DNA of 64,000 nucleotides from Oligoflexia bacterium (GTDB lineage: Bacteria > Bdellovibrionota > UBA1018), in contig CAVWVI010000004.1 in assembly GCA_963758495.1 (NCBI GenBank), positions 704,001-768,000 of the forward strand, written 5' to 3'. How positions within the stretch are numbered: position 1 is the stretch's first letter; each line of letters begins with the position of its first letter. A model generated the notes under the pieces. It made no database searches, was not told where the DNA came from, and was given only the letters and a program-made list of their open reading frames with translations. A program made the position numbers and the translations under genes. Positions 35,862 through 46,080 of this stretch are shown here, piece by piece.

Positions 35862-37079
35862 ATGCTAATGCAAAAAATAATTCGTGGTCGAGTAATCCAA
35901 TTAGAAAACACTTCGCTTTCAATTCAAAACGAGCAGGGATGCTTTAAAATTCCCATCTCCTCTAGAGAGGCTCTCTCTATCGGAGACATAGTAGAAGTCA
36001 AAAATAATTTTTCATTGGGAATTGTCAACGTTCTCACTCCCAACAGCACCTCGCAAAAAACAACTCATTGGATGAAAAGAATCCTAGACCCCAGACGACT
36101 TCATGCCACTCAGATACGATATCAAGTTGAAACGGCTATTCGTGATTTCTTCCACTCTAAGGGGTTTCATGAAACTCGAACTCCTCTGATTGTGCCGTGC
36201 CCAGGAATGGAAACGCATATACGTCCATTCATGGTCAAAAGTTCCGCTCACCCCGAGAGTCTCTCCTACTTACCGACCTCCCCCGAATTTGCAATGAAAC
36301 GTCTCTTAGTCGGAGGTCTTGAAAAAATTTTTCAACTTGCGCCTGCATTTCGAGATGAGCCTCTCTCTCACACTCATAACCCCGAATTTACCTTGCTCGA
36401 ATGGTACCGCGCCTATGCCAATTATGAAGATATTATGCATGACACCGAAAATTTGTTCGAATTTTTGGCAATTCGAATATTTGGAAAACCTGCATTTACT
36501 TTTCAAGGCAAAGAAATTCAGGTCAAAACTCCTTGGCCACGCCTGAGGGTACGTGACCTCTTTCAAGAGAAAGCGGGTATAGACTTAGTGCAAAGATCTG
36601 ATGTCAATTCCTTGGCGGCAGAGTGTAAAAGACTTAACCTTCCCGTAAATGAACAAGACACGTGGGATGATCTTTATTTTAAAATTTGGCTCAATTGTAT
36701 TGAACCCCAACTTCCTCCTCATCAAGCTGTTTTCGTCACACGATACCCAGTATCTCAAGCTGCCCTAGCAAAGATAGACTCTGATTCAGATGGATCTCGC
36801 TGGGCTCGCCGCTTTGAACTTTATGCCGGTGGTATCGAACTGGGAAATGCCTTTGATGAGCTAACTGATCCTACTGAACAAAGAAACCGCTTCATAGAAG
36901 ATATGAACTTAAGAGAAAAGATCTATGGTACATCCTTTCCAAAAAATCCATTAGACGCAGAGTTTCTGGGCGCTTTGACTGAGGGCATGCCACCGTCTGG
37001 AGGAATTGCGATCGGAGTAGACCGTATGGTCATGCTCTTGGCAGATGAGCCGGAGATTTCTTATACTCAATGGCTGTAG
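35862..37079 (+). CDS. epmA: EF-P lysine aminoacylase EpmA/GenX
   Basis: YLPTSPEFAMKRLL, FRDE...HNPEFTLLEWYR, YPVSQAALA, RFELY.GGIELGNAFDELTD, PPSGGIAIGVDR. Confidence 0.93.
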   Translation: MLMQKIIRGRVIQLENTSLSIQNEQGCFKIPISSREALSIGDIVEVKNNFSLGIVNVLTPNSTSQKTTHWMKRILDPRRLHATQIRYQVETAIRDFFHSKGFHETRTPLIVPCPGMETHIRPFMVKSSAHPESLSYLPTSPEFAMKRLLVGGLEKIFQLAPAFRDEPLSHTHNPEFTLLEWYRAYANYEDIMHDTENLFEFLAIRIFGKPAFTFQGKEIQVKTPWPRLRVRDLFQEKAGIDLVQRSDVNSLAAECKRLNLPVNEQDTWDDLYFKIWLNCIEPQLPPHQAVFVTRYPVSQAALAKIDSDSDGSRWARRFELYAGGIELGNAFDELTDPTEQRNRFIEDMNLREKIYGTSFPKNPLDAEFLGALTEGMPPSGGIAIGVDRMVMLLADEPEISYTQWL

Positions 37080-37086
37080 CTCAAGA

Positions 37087-38910
37087 ATGACTATTGAGTT
37101 ACAAAGAGTGCTATCATCACTCGCAAAGAGAGGCTTCATGCGTCCAATAGCAGTCAGAATTTGGGATTTTCTTGTTATTTTATTAGTCGCTTTCCCTTTA
37201 TTGACTGGAGGAATTTGGATTTCACGGCCAGGTTTATTTATTGAGCTTTCAGACCTTGCAATTCCCGTCCTCATCGTAGGAGCATTAGGACTCCTTCTTC
37301 ATATAAGAGGTCACTCATTCGAAAAAAGCTGGGTTTTTCAGGTTTGTCTTTGCAGTTGGAAAAACTGGAAAGCTATTGTGACAAAAAATCCTCGAATTAC
37401 ATTATTTTCTGTCGCCATTTTAATTGGCTTACTATGGACGTTTGCTGCATTCAAACGCCATTGGGCCTACGGGAGCCATTACACAGACCTGGGCATTTAC
37501 CTCAATGGACTTTGGAATTTTACATTCGGTAATGGGTACCTTTGTAGTCCATGCGGAAATTTTCCTTTAATGGCAGATCACCAGTCTCCTTCATTCTTAT
37601 TTCTAGCTCCTCTCTTTTATTTATTTCCCCGCGCGGAAACCCTTCTTGCTATCCAGGCTATGGGATTAGCTCTGGGAGGCGTTGCACTCTATTACTTACA
37701 TGCTCAATACTTTTCGTCTCGTTCTGATTCACCCCCAAACGCCCCCACTCACTGGAGTCTATTTGCCTCGCCGTGGATCTATTGGGCTTACCTTCCACTT
37801 CGAAATGCTTACTATTCGGATTTTCATCCAGAAGTATTTGGTCTTGCGGTCTTACTTTGGTCTGTTGTAGGGCTTCAATCTAAAGCGACTTCAGCTAGAA
37901 TTTTTGGAATACTCGGCTTGATTTTTTCGATAGGTTTAAAAGAAGCAATGCCAGCTGTCATGGTTGCTCTCGGTATTGCATGGTATCTGGGTGCAGGCCC
38001 CTCTTCGACGCGATCCTTCACGAAAAAAATCAGTATCCCCCTGATTGTGATCAGTTTTATAGTGTTTTACATCGACCTGAATGTCATTCCGAAAGCTTAC
38101 GGCCTCATTGGCCACGAGCATCAAAATGAGTACAGCCATTTTGGCAGCGGATTAAAGAGTGTTCTTTTATCTCCCTTCACTCATCCCACTCTTTTCTTTT
38201 CTCATTTAGTAAGCGGAGACCGTTTGAAATTTCTATTTTGGACTCTCGCTCCTATGGGTTTTTTACCCCTTCTCAATCCAATAGGCTTCATCGTGGCCTT
38301 ACCTGGATATCTCCTTCTTTTTTTATCAAATGCAGAATACAGGATCACGCCCATATTTCATTATTCAATCATCCCGGCCATAGGACTTTTTCTAGCACTA
38401 CCTGTAGGAATTCAAAGATTGGAAAAATGGAAACCCATTGAAAAAGTAGCTTTATGGACGTTATTCTGGCTTTTGGCAGCAAATGGAAGAAGTGACTTGT
38501 TTCGACTCCGCAACATGGAAGTACCTCAGCATGTTCACTGGATTCAAACCCAAGTATTACCATTCATCAAACCCACGGCACAAATCGCTGTACCCGATTC
38601 ACTCCTCCCTCACCTGGCAACTCGCCGCTGGATCTACCCCATTCCCCAAATCAGAGATTCTTCAGGAAACCTCGTTCCCTGCCTTCTTTTTGACACATCA
38701 ATACATAATCTAAATGTAAATAGCTCATCCTACCTTCAACTCCTCGATTCACTTCCTGCTCTAGGATACCAAAAAATTTTTCAATGTGATGAATTCTCAT
38801 TCTACGAATTGAAGTTACTCCCTCGACATTTAGGCCGGGTCAGTCAGTGCTTGAGCCAAATTCCTACTTGTGGTCCAGCTCAGGCAAATCAGGCCGAAAC
38901 GCGCTTTTAG
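37087..38910 (+). CDS. DUF2079-family membrane protein (GT-C-like)
   Basis: TDLGIY, ADHQSP..L, ETLLAIQ, DFHPE, LKE, FHYS; multiple TM segments. Confidence 0.8.
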   Translation: MTIELQRVLSSLAKRGFMRPIAVRIWDFLVILLVAFPLLTGGIWISRPGLFIELSDLAIPVLIVGALGLLLHIRGHSFEKSWVFQVCLCSWKNWKAIVTKNPRITLFSVAILIGLLWTFAAFKRHWAYGSHYTDLGIYLNGLWNFTFGNGYLCSPCGNFPLMADHQSPSFLFLAPLFYLFPRAETLLAIQAMGLALGGVALYYLHAQYFSSRSDSPPNAPTHWSLFASPWIYWAYLPLRNAYYSDFHPEVFGLAVLLWSVVGLQSKATSARIFGILGLIFSIGLKEAMPAVMVALGIAWYLGAGPSSTRSFTKKISIPLIVISFIVFYIDLNVIPKAYGLIGHEHQNEYSHFGSGLKSVLLSPFTHPTLFFSHLVSGDRLKFLFWTLAPMGFLPLLNPIGFIVALPGYLLLFLSNAEYRITPIFHYSIIPAIGLFLALPVGIQRLEKWKPIEKVALWTLFWLLAANGRSDLFRLRNMEVPQHVHWIQTQVLPFIKPTAQIAVPDSLLPHLATRRWIYPIPQIRDSSGNLVPCLLFDTSIHNLNVNSSSYLQLLDSLPALGYQKIFQCDEFSFYELKLLPRHLGRVSQCLSQIPTCGPAQANQAETRF

Positions 38911-39016
38911 GCTTCAGCTTACAGCTCGAACGGGAGCGCGTGCATTGGTAAGCTCCGAAACTCATAGATTGTCACAAAAAGCTTCAGAAACCCTTCCAAA
39001 TTCCGATACCAAAGAC

Positions 39017-40924
39017 ATGCGCCCTTATTTGGCAACAGCTTTATTGGCCGGAATGAGTTTGATGGGCTGTGCTGACTTATTTGCTGCTGCAGATACCTCC
39101 TGGTGCATTCGTGACCCGGCAAACCCTCCTTGCGATGGCGCGCCTGGTAAATGTACGAAAAATTTAGATGGCACTCAAGGCGGATTCGTTGCAGATACGG
39201 CAACCGTTCAGCAAAAAAGAAAAGGGCTGATGCGTAAGTCCTATAATCTGCCTTACATAGGCATCAATGTCCAAATTTGTGAGAATGCTCAAATCTACGA
39301 TCATGCGCGGATCTATGGGAATGCTGAAGTCACTCGAAATGCTTACGTCTCCGGGAATGCTCACGTCTATGGGAATGCTCTGGTCTCTGGAAATGCTCAA
39401 ATCTCCGGAAATGCTCGCGTCTTCGAGAATGCCCACGTCTCCGGGAATGCTCTGGTCTCTGGAAATGCTCAAATCTCCGGAAATGAGATTGTCCATGGGG
39501 TCACTCAGGTCTACGATAATAGGAATAGAGCCAAAGAAAAATCTCCACCTCATAAAGGTGGAAGTGAGTGCACGAAACAAGCAACTCACACTACTTCAAT
39601 AAATACCATTGAAAGATTAATGCAGTCAGTCTGCACCGAACTTTCATGCAATCCAGATGAAGTTGATCTTAGAAAAATCGACTTATCAAAAGAACAAGAT
39701 CAAAATTTCATCAATCTGATCAAATACCTTTCCAAAACACAAAAAGACGACTGCTATCAAGCCGATATAATAGAAGACTATAAAACTCTTTCAAAGTCAG
39801 TACAAGAACAGGGTTGGAATTTAGATTATTTAAATATTTATCAAATCTTGCAATACCTAAAATCGCAAAGAAAATTTTGGATTGAAACTGCTAGAGATCA
39901 TAAAACTACTATTTTTAAAAAAATCCCGATGGGTGTAAGCCGAAATAATTACGCAACCTGTTATGTTGATCCAAAAGGTGGAATCTTAATTGATTTTAAT
40001 CGTAAACTGATTGGGCAGGGCTCTTCCAAAAGGGTCTATAATATCTTTAAAATCAAATCGGGAACCTTTTCTGTTAAACCCAAAGCGCTTCTGCTCTCTA
40101 GAATATATAACGATACTCCAACACAGAAAGAAGTGAACCAGGCCCAAGACTCCCTTATGCAAGATTACGCGGTTTATGAAAAAATATCTCGGCGAAAGCT
40201 GTCGGGGAAAAGCATTGCGGGGTTACTCCATGGAAAAAAATTGCAATTGAGTAACAAAAGAGAAGCACTGATTCAATCCAAGTTCGATGGTAATCTCTTA
40301 GACCTAAGGTTGGTGAGCGAGACAATAAGCTCTCGATCCACTCCAATTACCCCTGAACAGCGCAAACTTCAAAATAAGATTTGGCTTGACGTCGCCACCG
40401 GTTTAGAGAACCTGCATGACATGGGTTTAGTTCATGGAGATCTAAAACCTGCCAACATACTATTCAATAAAAAAACTAAAACTACTGTCCTTTCAGATTA
40501 TGGACTGACTTTTGACCCCACAGAATATATTCAACACAGGAGTACAGCCATTTTTGAAGCTCCCGAAATGGTAGATCAATCAGCAACGAAGGTAATGACG
40601 AGTGTTGTTCCTAAATATCAAAAAAGAGATATTTATGCTTTGGGAATGACCATGCTGAGAGCCATTCCTGGCTATGAACAAGCTTCGCTTTGTAATTTGT
40701 GCGGGTACCTTTGGGTTGATCACGATTCCTGGGGGGCTTACGGACAGTGTATAAAACAGAAAGCCCCAAAACTTTATAATTTAGCCGTTAAGATAGCAGA
40801 ACATGCATGTGGAGCTAATAAAAACTGTACCGAGTCTATCATGGCGGACTCTCTCAATCCAAATCCTCTGCTTCGACCTACATCTGCCGAAGTCAAGGCT
40901 CGTTTAATTCCTATAGCTTTTTAA
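39017..40924 (+). CDS. Ser/Thr protein kinase with N-terminal signal/lipobox and hexapeptide repeats
   Basis: MRPYLATALLAGMSLMGC; (GNA.[VI].)n; IGQGSSKRVY, HGDLKPANIL, SDYG, APE, DIYALG, RPTSAEV. Confidence 0.85.
   Translation: MRPYLATALLAGMSLMGCADLFAAADTSWCIRDPANPPCDGAPGKCTKNLDGTQGGFVADTATVQQKRKGLMRKSYNLPYIGINVQICENAQIYDHARIYGNAEVTRNAYVSGNAHVYGNALVSGNAQISGNARVFENAHVSGNALVSGNAQISGNEIVHGVTQVYDNRNRAKEKSPPHKGGSECTKQATHTTSINTIERLMQSVCTELSCNPDEVDLRKIDLSKEQDQNFINLIKYLSKTQKDDCYQADIIEDYKTLSKSVQEQGWNLDYLNIYQILQYLKSQRKFWIETARDHKTTIFKKIPMGVSRNNYATCYVDPKGGILIDFNRKLIGQGSSKRVYNIFKIKSGTFSVKPKALLLSRIYNDTPTQKEVNQAQDSLMQDYAVYEKISRRKLSGKSIAGLLHGKKLQLSNKREALIQSKFDGNLLDLRLVSETISSRSTPITPEQRKLQNKIWLDVATGLENLHDMGLVHGDLKPANILFNKKTKTTVLSDYGLTFDPTEYIQHRSTAIFEAPEMVDQSATKVMTSVVPKYQKRDIYALGMTMLRAIPGYEQASLCNLCGYLWVDHDSWGAYGQCIKQKAPKLYNLAVKIAEHACGANKNCTESIMADSLNPNPLLRPTSAEVKARLIPIAF
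39281..39516 (+). repeat. 18-bp-unit coding repeats (hexapeptide beta-helix) including a 72-bp-period duplication
   Basis: GGGAATGCTCTGGTCTCTGGAAATGCTCAAATCTCCGGAAATG occurs at 39371 and 39443. Confidence 0.9.
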
Positions 40925-40950
40925 AATTATACCGATGAACTTATTAGACC

Positions 40951-41802
40951 ATGACCCATAGAAACAAAGCTCCTAAATCCAAAAACATAGTAGACGAAGT
41001 CGAACACGAAACAGAAGAGCTCACAGAAACAATCCATGAACTTCAATGTAACATCAAAAAATTACGAGACAGTCAAGCTCAACTAGTTCAATCAAGTAAA
41101 ATGCGTGCGCTTGCGGAAATGGCTGCAGGCATTTCACATGAAGTCAATAACCCTTTAGCTATCATACAAATATTTTCTGAACAAATTCGGGACCAAATCC
41201 AAGATGGAAATTTAGATACACATTCCATTATGAATGGTTTAACAAAAATCACTGCCTCAACAACTCGAATTGCTAAAATTATAACTGGCTTAAGATCCTT
41301 CTCTCGTGATTCTGCATCGGATATTCCAAAAAAAGTCAGTGTAGAATCACTGATCGAAAGTACCCTGCTTCTTTGTGCAGCAAGATTTCAAAATCACAAT
41401 ATTTCCCTATCAGTCGTCGGGAACTTAGATCAGTTAACATTAGACTGCCGACCCCCAGAGATTGAACAAGTCTTAATCCATTTACTTCTTAATGCATTTG
41501 ATGCACTGGCCTTAGCGGCTTCAAAATCTAGTACATTCGAAAAGTGGATCAAAATTGAAGTCGCCTCAATTGAGGATGAAATTCAGATCTCAGTGGTGGA
41601 TAATGGATACGGAATACCTGACTCAATTAAAGAGAAAATTTTCCAACCCTTCTTTACCACAAAGGAGGTGGGCCAAGGTACAGGATTAGGACTGAGCATT
41701 TCAAAGGGACTTATCGAATCCCACTCAGGCTCCATTACATTAGATACTTCCTCCGAAAATACGAGTTTTAACATCCGCTTGCCAAAAACTGCAAAACATT
41801 AA
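40951..41802 (+). CDS. Soluble histidine kinase without a sensor domain
   Basis: [38 protein letters not shown]; only a short coiled coil at the N-terminus. Confidence 0.9.
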   Translation: MTHRNKAPKSKNIVDEVEHETEELTETIHELQCNIKKLRDSQAQLVQSSKMRALAEMAAGISHEVNNPLAIIQIFSEQIRDQIQDGNLDTHSIMNGLTKITASTTRIAKIITGLRSFSRDSASDIPKKVSVESLIESTLLLCAARFQNHNISLSVVGNLDQLTLDCRPPEIEQVLIHLLLNAFDALALAASKSSTFEKWIKIEVASIEDEIQISVVDNGYGIPDSIKEKIFQPFFTTKEVGQGTGLGLSISKGLIESHSGSITLDTSSENTSFNIRLPKTAKH

Positions 41803-41900
41803 ATAGGGGTAATTAAGAAGTTTCAGGCTACAAGTTTGGTTTTCTATTTGCCTTTTCGAGATAGATTGCATAAATATCATACCATACGGTATTTTAAATT

Positions 41901-43610
41901 ATGCATAATACTCCCCTCTCCAATCAATATGGAGACACATTTATACACTTAACTCCTCAACAACGCCTGAAGCAGATTCTTTGGAAAGAACGAAAAGACA
42001 TTTGGGTAGTCATTATCTATGGAATCTTTGCAGGACTCCTTTCATTGATTATTCCTATTGCAGTACAAGCGTTAGTCAATACAATAGGCTTTGGATCATT
42101 ACTTCAACCGATCTTTGTTCTCACTTTTCTTGTATTTACGATTCTCGGTTTTTCTGGACTGATGCGAACCCTGCAATGCTTTGTGATGGAGATTATCCAA
42201 CAACGAATTTTTACCCGAATAGCGCTCGATCTTGCTCATCGTTTACCTCGAGTGCAAATTGAAATTTATGATTCAAATCAAGGAACGGAACTCGTCAATC
42301 GTTTTTTTGACGTTTTAATTGTCCAGAAAAGTGCCGCAATCATTGTACTCGATGGAATTGCTATTATACTACAAACTGTGCTCGGCATGATTCTTTTGGC
42401 ATTTTATCATCCCTCGCTCCTTGTTTTTGATCTCTTGTTAGTTTGTTTTATTTTATTCGTATTTTTTGGCCTCGGACGCAAAGGTGTCGAAACCAGCATT
42501 GACGAATCTAAAGCAAAGTATGCAGTTGCAGCTTGGCTAGAAGAACTCGCAAGAAACCCTTTGGTTTTTAAATCCTATGGGGGCCCTGAATACGCCATCC
42601 GTCGATCTGACGAACTCACTGCAAAATATATTATTTCCAGAAAAAACCATTTTCAAATTCTTTTTAAACAAATTATTGGCTCCGCAGCTGTGCAAATCCT
42701 GGCAAGTTCTCTCCTACTGGGACTCGGGGGATGGCTTGTTGTCCGAAGGCAACTGACCCTTGGACAGTTAGTTGCCGCAGAATTAGTGGTTACAATGGTT
42801 GTTGCAAGTTTTTCTAAATTCGGAAAATATCTAGAAACCTTTTATGACCTCATTGCGGCAGCTGATAAATTAGGACATCTCCTCGACCTACCCCTAGAGA
42901 AATGGGACGGAGAAAAAGTGCAGTTACAAGCCGAACCTTCATCGGTGAAACTGCAAGGAGTCACCTTTCATTATCAGAGTGGGGTTAAATCGCTTTCAGA
43001 TATCAGCTTTGAAGCCAAAGCCGGTTCTAAGGTAGGAATTATAGGTGAAAATGGATCAGGAAAAAGCACTCTCGTCAGTTTACTTTTTGGCCTGAGAAAA
43101 CCGGATGTAGGCGCAGTGGAAATTGACGGGATGGATCTCCGCGAAATTCCTTTAGAGAAAATCCGACCCACAATCGCATTTGTTCGAGGAATAGAAATAT
43201 TCGACGGTACTATTCTAGAAAACATCAAAGTCAATAGACCGGACATTGATTTGAAAGAAGTTCGTGACGTCCTTGCTTCATTGGATCTTTTAGAAGGAAT
43301 TTCAGCCCTTCCTCAAGGATTACTCACTCGGTTATCAGGTGGTAATCAATCCCCTCTTTCGTCCGGACAATGTCAAAGGCTCATGGTAGCGCGAGCGATC
43401 ATTGGAAAGCCACGACTCTTGATTTTGGATGAATCTTTGGACAATATTGATGCAGACTCTCACAAAAAGGTGATTGACGTGCTCTTTAATGAAAAGTCTC
43501 CCTGGACCCTGATTCTTACTACTCATAATCCCGATCTCGCAAGTCATTGCGATCAAGTGTACTTTTTGAAAGACGGGAAAATCAGCAAGGAAAGAAGGGC
43601 ATCTCTATAA
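41901..43610 (+). CDS. Type I secretion/efflux ABC transporter (TMD plus NBD)
   Basis: TM domain, LTLGQLVAAE, GENGSGKST, LSSGQ, LILDE. Confidence 0.9.
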   Translation: MHNTPLSNQYGDTFIHLTPQQRLKQILWKERKDIWVVIIYGIFAGLLSLIIPIAVQALVNTIGFGSLLQPIFVLTFLVFTILGFSGLMRTLQCFVMEIIQQRIFTRIALDLAHRLPRVQIEIYDSNQGTELVNRFFDVLIVQKSAAIIVLDGIAIILQTVLGMILLAFYHPSLLVFDLLLVCFILFVFFGLGRKGVETSIDESKAKYAVAAWLEELARNPLVFKSYGGPEYAIRRSDELTAKYIISRKNHFQILFKQIIGSAAVQILASSLLLGLGGWLVVRRQLTLGQLVAAELVVTMVVASFSKFGKYLETFYDLIAAADKLGHLLDLPLEKWDGEKVQLQAEPSSVKLQGVTFHYQSGVKSLSDISFEAKAGSKVGIIGENGSGKSTLVSLLFGLRKPDVGAVEIDGMDLREIPLEKIRPTIAFVRGIEIFDGTILENIKVNRPDIDLKEVRDVLASLDLLEGISALPQGLLTRLSGGNQSPLSSGQCQRLMVARAIIGKPRLLILDESLDNIDADSHKKVIDVLFNEKSPWTLILTTHNPDLASHCDQVYFLKDGKISKERRASL

Positions 43611-44647
43611 TGTATTCTTTACCTGAATCAACCCCAGATCTTCGCTCTTTCCAGCTTGTGCAATCTCCAAAGAGTGCACGAAGTCTGGCAATGGTCCTCA
43701 TCTCAGTTTTAATCTCAGGACTGATGTTACTGATTTTTGCTCCCTGGCAACAGACTTCCATGGGACGTGGCCGTATTGTAGCGTATTCGCCTACGGATCG
43801 TCAGCAAAGTATAGATGCCCCAGTAGAAGGCCGTCTCGGGCGTTGGCTTGTCCATGAAGGCTCACAAGTCAAAGCAGGTGACTCCATTGTAGAAATTGTA
43901 GACAATGACCCCGAGATTCTCAATCGCCTCAATATTGAAAAGGAAGCCCTGACCTCCCGTTTAAATGCTGCAAAGGCTTCGATTCAAATCGCTAAAATTA
44001 ATTTGGAACGCCAAAAAATTCTCGCCCAACAAGGATTGAGCTCACAACGTTCCTATGAACTCGCGAAACTTGAAATGACTAAATTTTCGACAGATGTCGC
44101 CAATGCTCAAGCAGAAATTGCACGAATTGATGTTCGCCTTGCAAGACAGGCTACACAATCTGTGAAAGCCCCTCGTGATGGAACCATTCTCAGAAGAATT
44201 GCAGGAGAAGGTTCTGTATTAGTGAAAGCAGGGACTTCACTTGCTATCTTAGTTCCGAATACTGATTCAAGAGCAGTGGAACTCTGGATTGACGGAAATG
44301 ATGTCTCTCTCATGAAAGAAGGAAGAGAAGTTCGACTCCAATTTGAAGGTTGGCCAGCCATTCAATTTAGCGGTTGGCCCTCCGTAGCTGTAGGAACGTT
44401 CGGGGGAAAAGTCGCTTTAATCGATGCTGCCGATAACGGAAATGGTAAATTTCGCACCCTTGTTGTTCCCAATGGTACAGAGCCTTGGCCATCGAGTGAT
44501 TATCTCCGTCAAGGAATTAGGGCGCACGGTTGGATTCTTTTAGGGCGGGTTCGACTCGGATATGAACTTTGGAGACAGTTTAATGGCTTCCCACCAGCCA
44601 TTGCCTACGAACCTGCTTCAAGTTCTTCCGCTAAGGGAATTGAGTGA
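43610..44647 (+). CDS. HlyD-family membrane fusion protein
   Basis: Single TM, PWQQ, APVEGR...V.EG..VKAGD, VRLQFEGWPA; TAATG coupling to the ABC gene. Confidence 0.9.
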   Translation: MYSLPESTPDLRSFQLVQSPKSARSLAMVLISVLISGLMLLIFAPWQQTSMGRGRIVAYSPTDRQQSIDAPVEGRLGRWLVHEGSQVKAGDSIVEIVDNDPEILNRLNIEKEALTSRLNAAKASIQIAKINLERQKILAQQGLSSQRSYELAKLEMTKFSTDVANAQAEIARIDVRLARQATQSVKAPRDGTILRRIAGEGSVLVKAGTSLAILVPNTDSRAVELWIDGNDVSLMKEGREVRLQFEGWPAIQFSGWPSVAVGTFGGKVALIDAADNGNGKFRTLVVPNGTEPWPSSDYLRQGIRAHGWILLGRVRLGYELWRQFNGFPPAIAYEPASSSSAKGIE

Positions 44648-46080
44648 TTTTTACAGGTAATTCCATCATTTCAAATTTTCTCCTGCTTGCTACATTTTTG
44701 ATGTTAGCTCCCTCTGAAGTTTATGCTTCTAAGCTCAACTTGAATGACGTTTTAAATTCAGTGGATCAACACTATCCTTTGATGATTGCTGCAAGACGAG
44801 ACATTGAGAAGACCCAAGGTGATCTCCTTTCTGCACAAGGTGGATTTGATCCGGTATTGAAAGCCAATAGCATCAACACTCCTGTCGGTTATTATAACTA
44901 TAATTATTTAGACACTACGCTGGAGCAACCTACTCCCTTGTGGGGAAGCAAAGTCTACGGGGGCTGGAGAACAGGCCAAGGAAACTTTCCTGTCTATGAC
45001 GGCCGACTCTCTACTTTCACGGGCGGAGAACTTCGAGGAGGTATTGAAGTTCCCATTTTAAGAAATGGTACGATTGATGAGCGGCGAGCTAAAATTCAAT
45101 CCTATGAAAAAAGTGTGGAAATCGCGAATGCCTCGATGTCACTTCAACGTCTTGAAGCTACACGGCAGGCCACCCATTATTACTGGGAATGGGTGGCGGC
45201 AGGCAGAAAATTAGCGATAGCCCACGATATGCTCGATATGGCTGAAGTTCGAGATAAAGGATTACTGCAACGTCTTAAACATGGCGACGTTCCACTCATT
45301 GAACAAACAGAAAATCAACGTGCTGTGGTGCAAAGGAAATCATCTGTCATAGCCGCGGAGCGAGCATTACAAAAATCTACATTGGAATTGTCGCTTTTTT
45401 TTCGAAATTCCGAAGGTGTTCCTATTTTAGTAGAGAGGTCTCTTCTTCCCACTTCATTTCCTGAACCTGTAGAAATGGAAGATGTTCAATCAGATCAAGA
45501 TGATCAAATTCAATCCGTTCTGATTCGTCATCCTGAGCTCAAGCGTATTCACTTCCAAATGGATCAAACTCAGATTGATGTACGTTTTGCTCAAAATCAA
45601 ATTTTACCCCGTCTTGATTTTCAGTTCGGAGCTTCGTTGGATCTAGGAAGCCCCCCCTCGCCTACTCTTTCGTCTGCTTATATGCTCCCCCCCTATAACA
45701 CAGAACTCAAAATAGGAGTCTTGCTTGAAATTCCACTTTTCTTTAGAACTGCTCGTGGAAAATTAGAGGCTACTCGGGCTACTTATTCACGCATGGATGC
45801 GCAAGCTTCTTTGACACGGGATCGGATTAAAATGAATCTTATTAATTCGCTCCAAGCGATCAAGACGTCTCAAAAGCGAGTCACTTTGGCACGTCAGGAA
45901 CTGGAGTTAGCTCGAAAGCTCGAAGATGGCGAGAGAACACGATTTCTTCATGGCGATAGTACCCTGTTGATTGTCAATATTCGTGAACAAGCCACTGGAG
46001 ATGCTGCTATTCGAGAAGTCGATGCGTTGCTGGAATACTATCGGGCAAAAGCAGATTATCAGACGTCACTGGCCCAATAA
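44644..46080 (+). CDS. TolC-family outer membrane protein
   Basis: Signal peptide, HYPL, GGFDP, HPEL, LPRLD, IPLF.R.ARG, GDSTLL.VNIRE. Confidence 0.9.
   Translation: MIFTGNSIISNFLLLATFLMLAPSEVYASKLNLNDVLNSVDQHYPLMIAARRDIEKTQGDLLSAQGGFDPVLKANSINTPVGYYNYNYLDTTLEQPTPLWGSKVYGGWRTGQGNFPVYDGRLSTFTGGELRGGIEVPILRNGTIDERRAKIQSYEKSVEIANASMSLQRLEATRQATHYYWEWVAAGRKLAIAHDMLDMAEVRDKGLLQRLKHGDVPLIEQTENQRAVVQRKSSVIAAERALQKSTLELSLFFRNSEGVPILVERSLLPTSFPEPVEMEDVQSDQDDQIQSVLIRHPELKRIHFQMDQTQIDVRFAQNQILPRLDFQFGASLDLGSPPSPTLSSAYMLPPYNTELKIGVLLEIPLFFRTARGKLEATRATYSRMDAQASLTRDRIKMNLINSLQAIKTSQKRVTLARQELELARKLEDGERTRFLHGDSTLLIVNIREQATGDAAIREVDALLEYYRAKADYQTSLAQ

Noticed and set aside
39281..39516. CRISPR array or non-coding tandem repeat
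   Set aside because: 18-bp in-frame coding units without unique spacers; no cas genes.
39164..39602. Repetitive ORFs 39164-39589(-) and 39267-39602(+)
   Set aside because: Alternative-frame read-outs of the hexapeptide repeat.
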